Shown: in pieces, positions 51,418 to 64,000 of the stretch
Layout of the letters: each line of letters opens with the position of its first letter
Numbering within the stretch: position 1 is the first letter of the stretch
NCBI RefSeq assembly: GCF_006345805.1
Contig: NC_043015.1
Coordinates: 37,510,001-37,574,000 of the forward strand
DNA length: 64,000 nucleotides
DNA from: Octopus sinensis
Lineage: Eukaryota
Direction: 5' to 3'
Notes under the pieces: generated by a model
Seen by the model: only the letters and a program-made list of their open reading frames with translations
Databases searched by the model: none
What the model was told of the DNA's origin: nothing
Program-made: the position numbers and the translations under genes

Positions 51418-51800
51418 ATCGAAATAAGCAACAGGATATCAAGTAGTAATACAGTACGACCGTTTCAAGCAGCTCGATTTAATTGAATATATATATTTTA
51501 TCTTTTATCTTTTATATGCTTCATCATTTTACTACGGTCATGCTGGGGCACCAGCTTGATGGGTTTTAGCCGAACAGATAGACGCTAAGTCTTCATGTTT
51601 TTCTTTAAGCTTACTACTAATTCTTTCAAACTGTATTGCCGAGCCGCTAAGTTAAGGGGAGGTAAACATGCCTCTAACAGTTGTCAAGTACTGGTGGGGG
51701 ACAAACACAATCACAAACACACACACACTCACACACACACACACACAGACCACACAGACCACGCACACACATATATTTGATAGACGGAAGCAGATAGCCG

Positions 51801-51848
<48 letters not shown>

Positions 51849-52115
51849 ATGTGCGTGTGTGTGTGTGTTTATATATATATAATTACAAAATTCAAATAAG
51901 CTATTATCTTTCAAAAAATAATGATTACGTCGCCAGCAAACGTAGCCAAAATAGTCAAGCTATATCTTTACTAAAAGTCAGGATACAATATGCAGAGTTA
52001 AAACTCTGCAAAGAACGCATCTCTCACTTATATGTAGACACGTACGTGGAATGTAGCAAAATATACTAAAAAACAGTCCAGTCCACTTGTAAAACCACAA
52101 AGAGAAGTGTAGATA

Positions 52116-52175
52116 CCCAGTATTAATTGATTTCGCTTTCTGGGCCGAAATGACACTTAAATCTCATCAGCTTGG
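52116..52175 (-). ncRNA. Degenerate type I hammerhead-like motif
   Basis: CCAAG-CTGATGA-GATTT..AAAGC-GAA-ATCAATTAAT-A|CTGGG: intact core, with one mismatch in each of stems I, II and III. Confidence 0.35.
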
Positions 52176-52355
52176 CTTGTTCTGTAAAGTACATTTTACT
52201 GAGATATCTACTCTTCGATTTGCAGTTTTACAAATGGGCGGAACTGTTCTTTCGTATAATTGCTACATTCACAGGACGTGTTTACATACAGTGAGAGGTA
52301 TGTTGGTTTGGAGAGTTTTAACACTTCTTTCCAACACACACACGCATGCACATAC

Positions 52356-52396
<41 letters not shown>

Positions 52397-52422
52397 ACAC
52401 ATATATATATATGTGTGTGTGT

Positions 52423-52466
<44 letters not shown>

Positions 52467-52492
52467 TGTGCGTGTGTGTGTGTGGTGTGTGT

Positions 52493-52778
52493 GAGAGCGC
52501 AATGGCCGAGTGGTTAGGGCAGCGGACTCGCGATCGGAATTTCGCGGTTTCGATTCCCAGACCGGGCGTTGTGTGTGTTTATTGAGCGAAAACACCTAAA
52601 AAGCTCCACGAGGCTCCGGCAGGGAGTGGTGATCCCTGCTGTACTCTTTCACCACTCTTTCTTCCGTTGGCCTGCTCGCTTAGCCAGCGGGGTGGCGTCG
52701 TTCGAAGGCTAAAACATTGCGAACGCATTGTGACCAGCGATGTGTAGCAACATCTGATGGTCTGGTCAATCACGTGAT

Positions 52779-52786
<8 letters not shown>
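52493..52786 (+). mobile_element. tRNA-derived SINE family S4
   Basis: A box TGGCCGAGTGG, B box GGTTTCGATTCC, an unrelated body, and an end at CACGTGATCACGTGAT-(AT)n. Confidence 0.85.
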
Positions 52787-52831
<45 letters not shown>

Positions 52832-53800
52832 CATATATATATGCACATAACAAAGGTCGCTTTTTCCTCTCTGTGTGTTACATACAATTCATCCTTTCAC
52901 TTATGTTCTTCATTACTCTGAAATACTCGGTGTCACTTTCCCACTTGGCCTGTGTGAGGCTATTGTAGCAATCCTAATGGTATACAAAGCAATATTATGG
53001 AAATAATTTACTTACTGTGTGGAGGATGTAACATTTTTGAGTCATAACTGTCAATTTCAAACTACGATTGTTCGACATATGAAGTAGCTCACCTCATACA
53101 ATTTTTTCTCCTTTTCTCTCTCTCTCTCCCTCTTTCCTAAACTTACTAATCATCCTTCTCTTTTCGTCGCTACTTCTCTCCCTCTTTCTTTCTCTTTCTC
53201 TACATTTTGTGTATATATCACTCACCTCTCTCTGTTGTCATCCTTAACTCTTGATGTCAAATGCAACCAATTATCGCACGCTGCTATTGATCTTTACAGA
53301 AAATGTCATCTGATAGCGATCGTCGGTGTGTGACGAAGTATTAGGGAAACCCTTGAAGGTTGCTTTACAAATTATTAATAAGGAATCCTTAATACAACTA
53401 TTAACGTTATAGAATTGACAAACCTGAAGGTTTCTTAAAGGTCAGGCGTACATTAAAAGCAATTAGAAATTGCGTTGATTCCAACTGAAATGGTATTTCA
53501 ACTTCGTAGAGAAGACAGCTGTTCTGTTCTCCCTCATCTATATTTAAACAATACTCGTAGCTTCATAAAGTTTTCCATACACAGTTCTTGATGAATAATT
53601 AAACTGGATCGTCATAACAGAAATATACTTTATCATCGGTCTCTCCGATGTAAATATAAACACCAGCGACATCGTAGTAATGTGAAAATTCTTTGAAAGG
53701 ACGAAATGTATTGAGTAGTGTTATTAGACATACAGAGACATTGGCCAGAAAATCCGTTCGGCTTTTGTCCACACTAAATTCCAAACGCTCTATTTCGCAA

Positions 53801-53858
<58 letters not shown>

Positions 53859-54274
53859 TACGTTCAGCAAAATTTAGATTCAGATGAATATGGTACTTAC
53901 GTTAAAGCACCAGAATTTGGTATGGTATAATCCATATAATCAAATGAGGAGATTATAACCAAATGAGGATATATATATATATATATATACATTCATATAT
54001 AACTGATAACCAAAAGGAGAGTGGAGATTTACATATATATAGCATATATACATGCATTTTATATACGTGTATATATGTTTGTGGGTGGGGCTATAAATGT
54101 GTGTGTGCGCGTCAGTTTGTGGGTGTGGGTGTGCGTGTGTGTATCTGTGTGTGTGTACGTGCATATAAAGCTACATTTTCATTTGTTGAGGTACAACGCA
54201 TTTTTAAGATTCATTAATTCACGGCTAATTCAACTCCAAATTAGAAAGTGTGGAATGAAGATGCTTTCTGCCAT

Positions 54275-54462
54275 AGGCATAAAACCTGAAATTCTGGGTA
54301 AGGGGCGTAGTCGATTTTTTCGACACCAATGCTCAACCGGTGCTTATTTTACCGAACTCAAAAAGGACAATCGAGAGTATTTGAACTCAAAACGTAAAGG
54401 CAGTAGAAATGCCGCCAAAAGCATTTGGCACAGCATGCTAATGATTCTGCCAGGCCGCCGTC
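54275..54462 (-). mobile_element. S2 SINE, degenerate
   Basis: GCCATAGGCATAAAACCTG..TCGACACCAATGCTC..TTTGAACTCAAAACGTAAAG..GATTCTGCCAG. Confidence 0.7.
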
Positions 54463-54965
54463 TGAAGTTCGGAATTAATATCCGTTTCAAACTGTATATT
54501 AATTCTATATATATATACATATATCTTTGTGTGTGATTGTGTGTGTGGGCGTGTGTGTGTTTGTGTTCGATTTTGACAAGCGTTCTGTGAGACTCGCAAC
54601 CAGCAAAACTGAGAAAAACATTACAGATGCATGTGCATCTATGGCGGGGGTGGGGGGGGATCGCCATCCGTGATTTATCCGAGGATGTGCAGATTAGTTA
54701 CGTTCACTTCAGTCCTTAATTACTGAAACGCCATGTCAAAATAATTGATTTTTTCGACACCAATGCTCAACAGGTGCTTATAATTGATCACACGCTCGAG
54801 ACCTTCCTTCCAAGCACTGCTGCAAACAGCGGAATTGCGCCAGAACGTTAAAACTTAGTGAGCATGTACACCTGTGTGCATGCTCTATCTTTACCCAGCG
54901 GAAATATTTCACGTGCTTTAACTTCGTTACTATGGCAACAGCCCGAACACGTATTGATCAGACCT

Positions 54966-55000
<35 letters not shown>

Positions 55001-55708
55001 ATAGTGATTTCAAATTTTGGGAGGGCATCACTTTGATGCTAACGTTTCTGCCAGTTCGCCGCCTTGGTTTAAAATTAATATTGAAGCAAATAAATTTATC
55101 TTAAAAGAAAAGAAACGTAGGTGTTACGCTTTACACCATGGAAGTTCGATGGTTATCAATGCAATTAAACGTATGCGTGATATTTATAGAGAGAGAGAAG
55201 GAGAGCATCGCGCTAATGACTACCACTGCAATAATTAAATATACTTCTTACTTCAACATGAAAATAATTCACTGACATAGAGATTATATGAATCTTATAT
55301 GTTTCTAAATTCATTTTAATCAAATTTAAAATAATCATTTAATTAATCTTGTATTATTAGTGAAATATTTATTTGGGTTCCTTCTGATACGGAATAACAC
55401 TTTTCATTTATAAAACATTCTAACTTAACTTTATTTCTATTCCTTATTCGTTATATTTGAAATTCGCTCATATTTTCGTAGACTAAATTATTTATCATTC
55501 ATCTTATTTTTGAAATGGTTAAGAAGATCATCGGTAGATTCAAAGCATCGAATTGAGAAGATTTATTTGCAAAATAATGCATGCATGCATACACACAGAC
55601 ATATATACGCGCGTGTGCGTGTGTATGTGTGTAGTTGCATATAAAAATATCTATATATACACATATATAGCACAGTATATATATGTGCATATATGTATAC
55701 ACATATAC

Positions 55709-55740
<32 letters not shown>

Positions 55741-55854
55741 ATACGCCTGGTTCTCTGTGATGTACGTAGGAAAGAGAACACAGATGGGATTTAAGAGTTC
55801 ACGACAGCTGTTTCGGTAGCATTTTCTTGATGCATTAATAGATTACTGCTTCCC

Positions 55855-55957
55855 ACTACCAAATCCACTCACAAGGCTTTTGTCGGCCCTAGACTATAGT
55901 AGAAGATACTTGCCCAAAGTGCCACGCAGTGAAATTGAACCCGGAACAATGTGGTTG
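55855..55957 (-). mobile_element. S1 SINE head fragment
   Basis: CAAATCCACTCACAAGGCTTT..AGAAGATACTTGCCCAAAGTGCCACGCAGTG..GAACCCGGAAC. Confidence 0.8.
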
Positions 55958-55959
55958 TG

Positions 55960-55990
<31 letters not shown>

Positions 55991-56113
55991 TGTGTGTGTG
56001 TGTGTATCTATATAATGTGTGCGTGTATATATATACGCATACACAGGGGCACACCTATGTGACAAAAAACGCTCCGCCTCTTTTAATGCGGATAAATTAG
56101 TGAGGAAACTTAC

Positions 56114-56157
56114 TGAACTGGCCACCAGTCCAGTTCACTGCAGAACCACAGAGCCAT
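56114..56157 (-). CDS. Candidate first coding exon MALWFCSELDWWPV(Q/H), unconfirmed
   Basis: GCAAACA-ATG-G start context and a TCA|GTAAGT donor in a locally GC-richer island. No downstream exon could be linked. Confidence 0.25.
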
Positions 56158-58929
56158 TGTTTGCGCACTGCGTACCGTGTGGTTATCTGTGTATTTTACG
56201 ATACCAGCATTTTTAGAGATTCTCTGCTTATTTAACTTCTAAAGTTTTTCTAAGCTATACCTAAGGCTTTATTTACTACAGAGAAACGGAGAGCATCATC
56301 TGTAGTGTCAGATGTAACCTCTAACCCACACTGACCCAAGATAAATAAGTTCTATTGATAAAAATAGACCACAGTGTTTCACTATGTACACTGTATTATG
56401 TTAGGGTACATAAGATGCAAGGGAGTTGCAAAGTTTGTAGGTTACAGGTGCGTTGATGAAATATTATTAATGCATGACCACAGATGGTCCGGCGAAACGG
56501 TTTATCCGTCACGGCTTTGAAATCAAGGATACGGAAAATTGCTGATGTACTGGCACACATATCTTTCTCCTCGCATATCAAGTACTGCCTCGACTTCTAA
56601 GGTACATAGAACCCGCTTACTCAGTGTCCATGTCGTATAAATATCTGCGATCACAACAGTAACCTTGAACGGGACGCCGGAGCGTGGAAGGGTTACTCAT
56701 TTGCTAGTGGCCTGGAGCAACGTGAAAAGAAATATTTTACCTTACAACAAAATGTTCTGCAAGAAACATCCTAAACATTCGACCACGCGCTTTCACCTAC
56801 TTGCGTAGAATCCATCAATGTTTTCGTCCCTGCATTAATATTTGAATAAGCATGATTTTACAATCATACTGTGTTTTCTAGATATTTATTTTCGGTTTGT
56901 TTTAGGAAATTCAACTAAAGTTTATTTTTTCGATCTGGGAAATGTGCTGTGGCGAAAGAAAGTATGTTACTTAACACAGATCTCTTCAATCTCTCCCAAT
57001 TGACAGGCTAGGGAGACCATCTAATCGTTTGTAGGGTATGGACTCTTTATTTAACTGCTAGGGCCGTTCTTAATTACTTGATTAATGCAGTTAATGTAAT
57101 TAATGCAATTGATAATGGATTCATACAAATCGTTTGATTAATGAAAGACAATTATCATTATTATTGGAAACTAAAATCTTATTTAACAAAAATATCACGC
57201 TGCCCTGAAATGCTTGGAATCTTATTTCCTTTTAGAGAGCATATCGCTTGTTCGTTGGTGGAAATACATCTGCGGCGAAATTCTATACAGAACAATATTT
57301 TTGATTATCGAATGTTCAAAGAATGTTAATAGAGATACAAAATATATTTTAAATATTAAAGACGTAAAAAAAAAAGCCATTTCAATGTGGCACTTTTTGA
57401 ATCCCAAATCGATATGTAGGGAAATGTATAATTGCAACACACTCTGGAATTTATCGATGATTGATGTCCCATTTCTATTGGAAATATTCTACAAGGAAGA
57501 GGATCGATCCAATATTGGCAACCACGCTTCGTATAATTATGGTTAAGTCGTCGCACAAAGTTTTTGTGTTTCTGTTTTAAATTTAAAAAAAAACTTATTT
57601 TACGATGCTGTAAGTAGAACCTGAATTAAAGGAGGAACCGATACAAACACTTCCGGAATTAACACTGATGCGGTTAAAATATACATTAACTGTATCGCGA
57701 TTAATGGGGAGTGACCTAATGGTCAGGGTAATTACAACCATTCTGAACTGGCCGACAAATTATGTCCTTTAGCATGACACTTTCTTTCATATTGCTTCTG
57801 TTTACTCAGCTGGAAATGAACAGCCGTAGAATGCCGAGCACCTAGCTCTCTCTCTCTCTCGTCTATCACATACAGTATTTGCTGCAGGACTAAATTATGG
57901 GACAATGAACAAGATACCTACGTCTCTTCGTTAATGGATAAGTATGTAAGCTTCTAAGACAAACAGTAACACCATGGTACATGTCAGCCCACAAGAGTTA
58001 TTTAACCATTTGAGAGGCTAAGGAAAGGAACAGGTTAATTAAATACACTCACCCACTCATACGTATGCATGTGTACATACATACATACATACATACATGC
58101 ATACATACATACGTACATACATACATACATATATACATACATACATACATACATACACATACATACATTGATATATGCATACATACATACATACATACAT
58201 GCGTACGTACATACATACATATATACATGCGTACGTACGTACATACATACATACATTCATACATACGTACATACATACATGCATGCATACATACATACAT
58301 ACATGCATACAAGAGTACATTTGATAAGAAACATGCCTTGATGACGATCACAGAGAAGCTGTTAAAAACCTCACTCAGAAATCCTATCCTAACTGCCGTG
58401 AATTGAGTTTGAAAGCGTCTCACGGTTATTTTAAACATATTTATTCAACCAAGTTCCAATGAGTAAACCAGTACAGCGAAGCGGAATGAATTTCTGAAAT
58501 GATTGCATTGTACGCGTGCAGGTACACAAAACACCTACACACATACATATAACACATACCGCTCTCGCTTTCTCTCTCTTTCTATCTCTCTTTCTATCTT
58601 TCTCTTTCTCCTCTCTCTCTCTCTCTCTCTCTCTACTCTCTTTCTATCTTTCTCTTTCTCCTCTCTCTCTCTCTCTCTCTCTCTTTTCTCTCCTCTCTCT
58701 CTCTCTCCACGCACACACTAACACACAAACACACATACATGGGTATTCGTTGTTACGAAAAGAAATATTTACAAAGAGCCACAATTAAACAATTGAAATG
58801 AACGAACATTATTTTGCACCATTCATTTATTCGCTTGTGCACCAATAATTACTTACTGGAGAATAGAGTTTGGGCAAAAATCACTTGTTTTCTATAATTT
58901 TATATCGATTTTTTAGTTAAAATTCTGCT

Positions 58930-59460
<531 letters not shown>

Positions 59461-60444
59461 TGTGTGAATGTGTGTTTGTGTGTGTGCGTGTGTGTATATA
59501 GTTATGCATAGATTTGTTTATTCAACATTGTACTTGATTTTTCGCTTACAATTCAGTTTGCCCTGTAGACATTTTCAAATTCCATAATCGAAGAAACGGG
59601 TGAGAGAGAAGAAATTATATACTTTTAGTCATTTTGTTTTCTTGTAAATATTTTTAAATGTAAGAATATAAATATTACAGTTCTATAAATTCTTGTATTT
59701 TTTTTCTCTGTTTTAAGTAGAAGAAAAATCTTTAAAAGTCCTATAAAACAAAAGAAAGCATAACAGAATTCCTGAATTCCTTCGTTTGCTTGTGTGTTTG
59801 GTAGTGTTTACTAATACAGGTACAGTGTGCAGGCTGTTGTTTCTCACGTGTATTAATAAATTCTCTTGAAACATACAGAACAAACTTGACGCGTTTGAAT
59901 AGAAGATAAGATGAATGGAGGTGATGTGTATGTCAGGTTCATTAGGGGTCTACTTCAATATATAACTGGTATTTACTTTCTGAATGTCTCGGTACGATGA
60001 CAGAACGAAAACATTGACCTCATCCAGAATTGAACAAGCTCCGACATATATTTGTGCTTTCTACAATTGAAGCACATCTGGCCTTGTCCCTATCTAACCA
60101 AGCCCTCATCAATTACTTCAAATATAATTTGAAGAGCAATGAGAGGCTAAAGAGGTAGGTGCTGCCTTCTAGTGTGTTTATCAAAAGGTCGTCGACAGTG
60201 ACACGACTGGTGAGACCGATTCTGATTGTGCTTTTCTAAGCAGGAGGAAACAAACTAGAGGGGATCACTTTCCCATACTTCGGAGATGGTAGAATATCCT
60301 GGGATTTTCGAGAGGGGTTTACACCGGATTACCCTAAGTGGACTGTCCCGCTATTGTGAATTGTATTTATTTATTTATTTATCATTTCTCCCATCTCTAC
60401 TATTTATCCTTCTTTAACGTCTCCCTTTGATCAATGTAAATGCT

Positions 60445-60622
60445 CAATGAAGTGCTTAGCGGTATTTCGACCCTAGCTACGTTCTGAGTTCAAATTCCGT
60501 CGAGATCAACTTTGCCTCTCATCCATTCGGGACGATGAAACAAGTAACAGTTATGCACTGAATCGATTTAATCGATTCACCCCTCCCCCCAAAATTGCTG
60601 CCTTTGTGGCAAGGTTTGAAAC
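60445..60622 (+). mobile_element. S2 SINE
   Basis: GTGCTTAGCGGTATTTCG..GTTCTGAGTTCAAATTCCGTCGAGATCAACTTTGCC..CCTTTGTGGCAAGGTTTGAAAC. Confidence 0.85.
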
Positions 60623-60629
60623 AATTCTT

Positions 60630-60678
60630 ATTATTATTATTGCTGTTGTTGTTGTTATTATTATCATCATCGTTATCT

Positions 60679-60755
<77 letters not shown>

Positions 60756-60952
60756 TTATTATTATTATTATTTATTATCATTATTATTATTATTATTAAT
60801 ATTATTATTATTATTATATTATTATTATTATTATTATTATCATTATTATATTATTATTATTATTATCATTCTTATTATTATTATTATCATTATTATTATT
60901 ATTATCATTATTATTATTATTATTATTATCATTATTATTATTATTATTATTA

Positions 60953-60986
<34 letters not shown>

Positions 60987-61367
60987 TTATCATTATTATT
61001 ATTATTCATTATTATTATTATATATTTATTATCATTATTATTATTTATTATCATTATTATTATTATTATTATTAGCATTATTATTATTTATTATCATTAT
61101 TAATATTATTATTATTATTATTATCAACATTATTATTATTATTATTATTATTATCATCATTATTATTATTATTATTATTTATTATCATTATTATTATTTA
61201 TTATCATTATTATTATTATTATTATTGAGTGAGAGAGCAGTTCATGCCATCAAAGTGACACTGGGGTAAAATATACGAAGCCCAATATACCCATCATGAC
61301 TACCCGTCTGATAAAGGTACACCAGGCACATGCATCACAACCATATGTGCGCGACATGGTGATCTCA

Positions 61368-61421
<54 letters not shown>

Positions 61422-61441
61422 CATTATTATTATTATTATTA

Positions 61442-61480
<39 letters not shown>

Positions 61481-61505
61481 CATTATTATTATTATTATTA
61501 TTATC
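60630..61505. repeat. (TTA)n array of about 870 bp with embedded inserts
   Basis: Directly visible. Confidence 0.95.
61227..61368. mobile_element. (TAA)n-embedded repeat family T, copy 2
   Basis: (TTA)n|GAGTGAGAGAGCAG..GACATGGTGATCTCAT|(ATT)n, homologous to 47965-48075. Confidence 0.8.
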
Positions 61506-62228
61506 AAATGGCGGTGCCCCAGCATGGCCACAGCTCATAAGCTGAAACTAGAATCAATCAATCATTATTATTATTATGATTATCATTGGTGCATTCTCGT
61601 GTTTGTTCCCGCCAGTCGTTTTCGCAACCGCTGTTCTTCATTTATTTTCGATTCCAATAAATATTTATTTGCTTTTCCATGAGTGTTTTGAATGTCTCAT
61701 TGCTTACCTTCAGTCACCCATTCTAACGTCCGCACGGCTCCCAATGTCGACGCTCTTATTATTGTCGTTGTTTTCGTTTTTGCTATAAAAAAAAAACAAC
61801 TCATATTGTTAATTGTATTCAGTTCAACTCATTATAGTCTAATAAAACTATGGTTTTCCAGCAAACCAATTGTTTGATGTGGCATTTATACATATTTACA
61901 GGAGATTCGACAAACATTACCCCCGCCCCCCATTCCGCTGCAGATAGTGTTTTTTTATATCAATTCATAACTCATAAACTCTTTCTTTTTCTCTTTCACT
62001 CTCTCTTTCTATACCACTTTCACTTTTCCTCCGCACCACCGCCACCCTCATAAACCACCCACTCATATATTGCTGCCTGCACCAAACTTACCATATAAGG
62101 AGAATATACGAAAATGATTTCAGTCAAATAAACGAATCGAAAAGAAACGGAACGAACATAAGTCTCTCTCTCATTTTACGTATTTATATTTATATGTACG
62201 TGTGTATACATGCATGTATGTATGCATG

Positions 62229-62260
<32 letters not shown>

Positions 62261-62262
62261 TG

Positions 62263-62294
<32 letters not shown>

Positions 62295-62419
62295 TGTATG
62301 TATGTATGTATGTATGTATGCATGACCGCAGCCGCATGGGTGAAACCAGTAAAAGAATTAAAGAATATATATGTATAGAGAGAGAGGGAGAAGAGAGAGA
62401 CAGAGAGAGAGAGAGAGAC

Positions 62420-62456
<37 letters not shown>

Positions 62457-62469
62457 TAGATAGATAGAC

Positions 62470-62546
<77 letters not shown>

Positions 62547-62585
62547 TATGCATCGCATGGATAGCTAGATGTGTGTGTATGTACA

Positions 62586-62683
62586 TCTATTATATAAAAT
62601 CCGTTCTGTCTGTGTGTGTGTGTGTCTTCTAGGATCTCGGTCATCGTCCGTCCGATTGCGCTCAAATTTGATATGTAGATACC
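62586..62683 (+). mobile_element. Helitron/DINE-like 5' end, interrupted by a SINE
   Basis: A|TCTATTATATAAAA, short (CTGT/GT)n, then GTCCGATTGCGCTCAAATTTG, resembling the 5' block of DINE/Helitron-type non-autonomous elements. Confidence 0.45.
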
Positions 62684-62846
62684 GAGTTCAAATTCCGCCG
62701 AGGTCGACTTTGCCTTTCATCCTTTCGGGGTCGATAAATTAAGTACCAGTTACGCACTGGGGTCGATATAATCGATTTAATTCGTTTGTCTGTCCTTGTT
62801 TGTCTCCTCTGTGTTTAGCCCCTTGCGGGTAATAAAGAAATAGGTA
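62684..62846 (+). mobile_element. S2 SINE, 5'-truncated, young
   Basis: GAGTTCAAATTCCGCCGAGGTCGACTTTGCCTTTCATCCTTTCGGGGTCGATAAATTAAGTACCAGTTACGCACTGGGGTCGA. Confidence 0.9.
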
Positions 62847-63181
62847 TCAGGACGTGTATAAGTCTTGAAAAAATTACAAAAATCGATTCCAGGTGAGAAT
62901 GCGATCGATAAAGCCATTTTTGTCCTGCTTTTCTTCGGTCAACCTGTACATAACTGCACCTTCTATTTTTTGTTGTATTTGTACTGCTTAAAGGCACGTT
63001 TCTTTCCGGCCAAGCTTACTGATTAAACCATGTTTGTGTTCTCCCAGTCAACAGCCTTATCATTACTGGTACTTTAAACTCTTCGGTTACATATTTGTGT
63101 GAATATATTCGTTTTTCTTTGGAATAGAAAAAAGTCTATCTTTATTTCTTCTTTTTCTGGTGTGTCAAATTTAGGTTAAAT

Positions 63182-63245
63182 CAGTGTTTCTCAAAGGGGC
63201 GGCCCATGGGACAGTAGGACAAGTCTACAGGACGGGGGGCGTCTT
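63182..63245 (+). mobile_element. Possible hAT/Charlie-type terminal inverted repeat
   Basis: CAGTGTTTCTCAAA followed by a GC-rich subterminal sequence. No clean partner TIR was found. Confidence 0.3.
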
Positions 63246-63260
63246 GCTCGTATATACATG

Positions 63261-63295
<35 letters not shown>

Positions 63296-64000
63296 TATAT
63301 ATAGTTTATAAAAACTGGCAACTAGAATCTCTCAGAGCTACAATCAGTGCGCGTGCACGTATGTGTATGTGAATTTTTATGGTTGTGTTTATGCGTCTGT
63401 CCTTTTGCATGTTAATCCATACGCCAAAAGGACACACTTGGAATCTATTGTGTTTATATGTCTGGTGATCTTGCCTTTTGCCCGATCGAAGTCGTTGAAT
63501 CATTTGGAGAATGGTAAACTTGTCGCGAAAAAATGTTCACTATTAAATATATGGAGATATATTTTGCGTCTTTCCCGTTCCTCTGTTTTCTTCATCTTTT
63601 CTCTTTCTTTTTGTCGGGTGGTTGGGGGGTCGTCCTGAGTCCAGAGTATCTCAGACACTAAACCTCAGCTTTCCCTACCGATAACTGCAATGGTTTCTTC
63701 CCATAATATGTTATAAAAGAGACAATCACATCATCTGGAATTTAAACGAGTTAGTACTAGAGAACGAGGGAATAAACCACACCTTTGTATATATATATTT
63801 ATAGCATTAAACGTACAAAACTATATATGCGTGTATGCGTATATGTATGCACGCTTATCAGTATGTAAGTAAGCATGTTTCTCTGTGTGTATGCACGGTT
63901 TTATGTATGTGTGCATACATTTTTGTCCGCCTGTATGTATTGTCTACATTGCATGCCTCTGTTCTCTCTATCAGTTCATCGATTCATCTCAATTATCCCT

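Noticed and set aside
48900-52565. tRNA-like sequences at 48900-48962 and 52499-52565
   Set aside because: A and B boxes are present, but there is no complete cloverleaf and they continue into SINE bodies. They are SINE heads, not tRNA genes.
52940-53012. Possible decayed hammerhead (CTGTGTGA GGCTAT..GAAATAATTTA); also a lone CTGAGGA near 34338
   Set aside because: The core or stem II is disrupted, and the fold cannot be shown from this copy alone.
61505-61556. SINE-tail-like fragment (GGCGGTGCCCCAGCATGGCCACAG) inside the TTA array
   Set aside because: It is in the opposite orientation to the TAA-strand elements and too short to argue for Dong-mediated mobilisation.

Overview
AT-rich, gene-poor eukaryotic DNA saturated with microsatellites ((TA)n, (CA)n, (TAGA)n, (TACA)n, (TAA)n) and tRNA-derived SINEs. 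The repeat content looks like a coleoid cephalopod, most likely Octopus (inference from pattern recognition, not a database search). Almost all ORF-track entries are microsatellite read-throughs. The only convincing long coding sequence is a 5'-truncated but nearly intact R4/Dong-clade non-LTR retrotransposon (13577-17160, minus; RT + CCHC + restriction-like endonuclease, one 1-bp frameshift). It sits in a same-strand array of four R4/Dong pieces, each bordered by (TAA)n. A second, unexpected feature is a 2.4-kb cluster (31.5-33.9 kb) of three minimal type I hammerhead-ribozyme folds with three different catalytic cores (canonical, A6U, G3-C8 swap). Each lies just upstream of a (TA)n tract, an arrangement typical of Penelope-like element ends, and a long inverted repeat lies between them. 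Also present: CR1-type LINE and maT/mariner relics, a second strong hairpin at 39.6 kb, a templated 35-bp insertion, and a few unconfirmed splice and promoter signals, including a 12-nt minus-strand microexon candidate. No host gene, rRNA, intact tRNA or CRISPR array could be supported. SINE and repeat boundaries were read by eye and are approximate.
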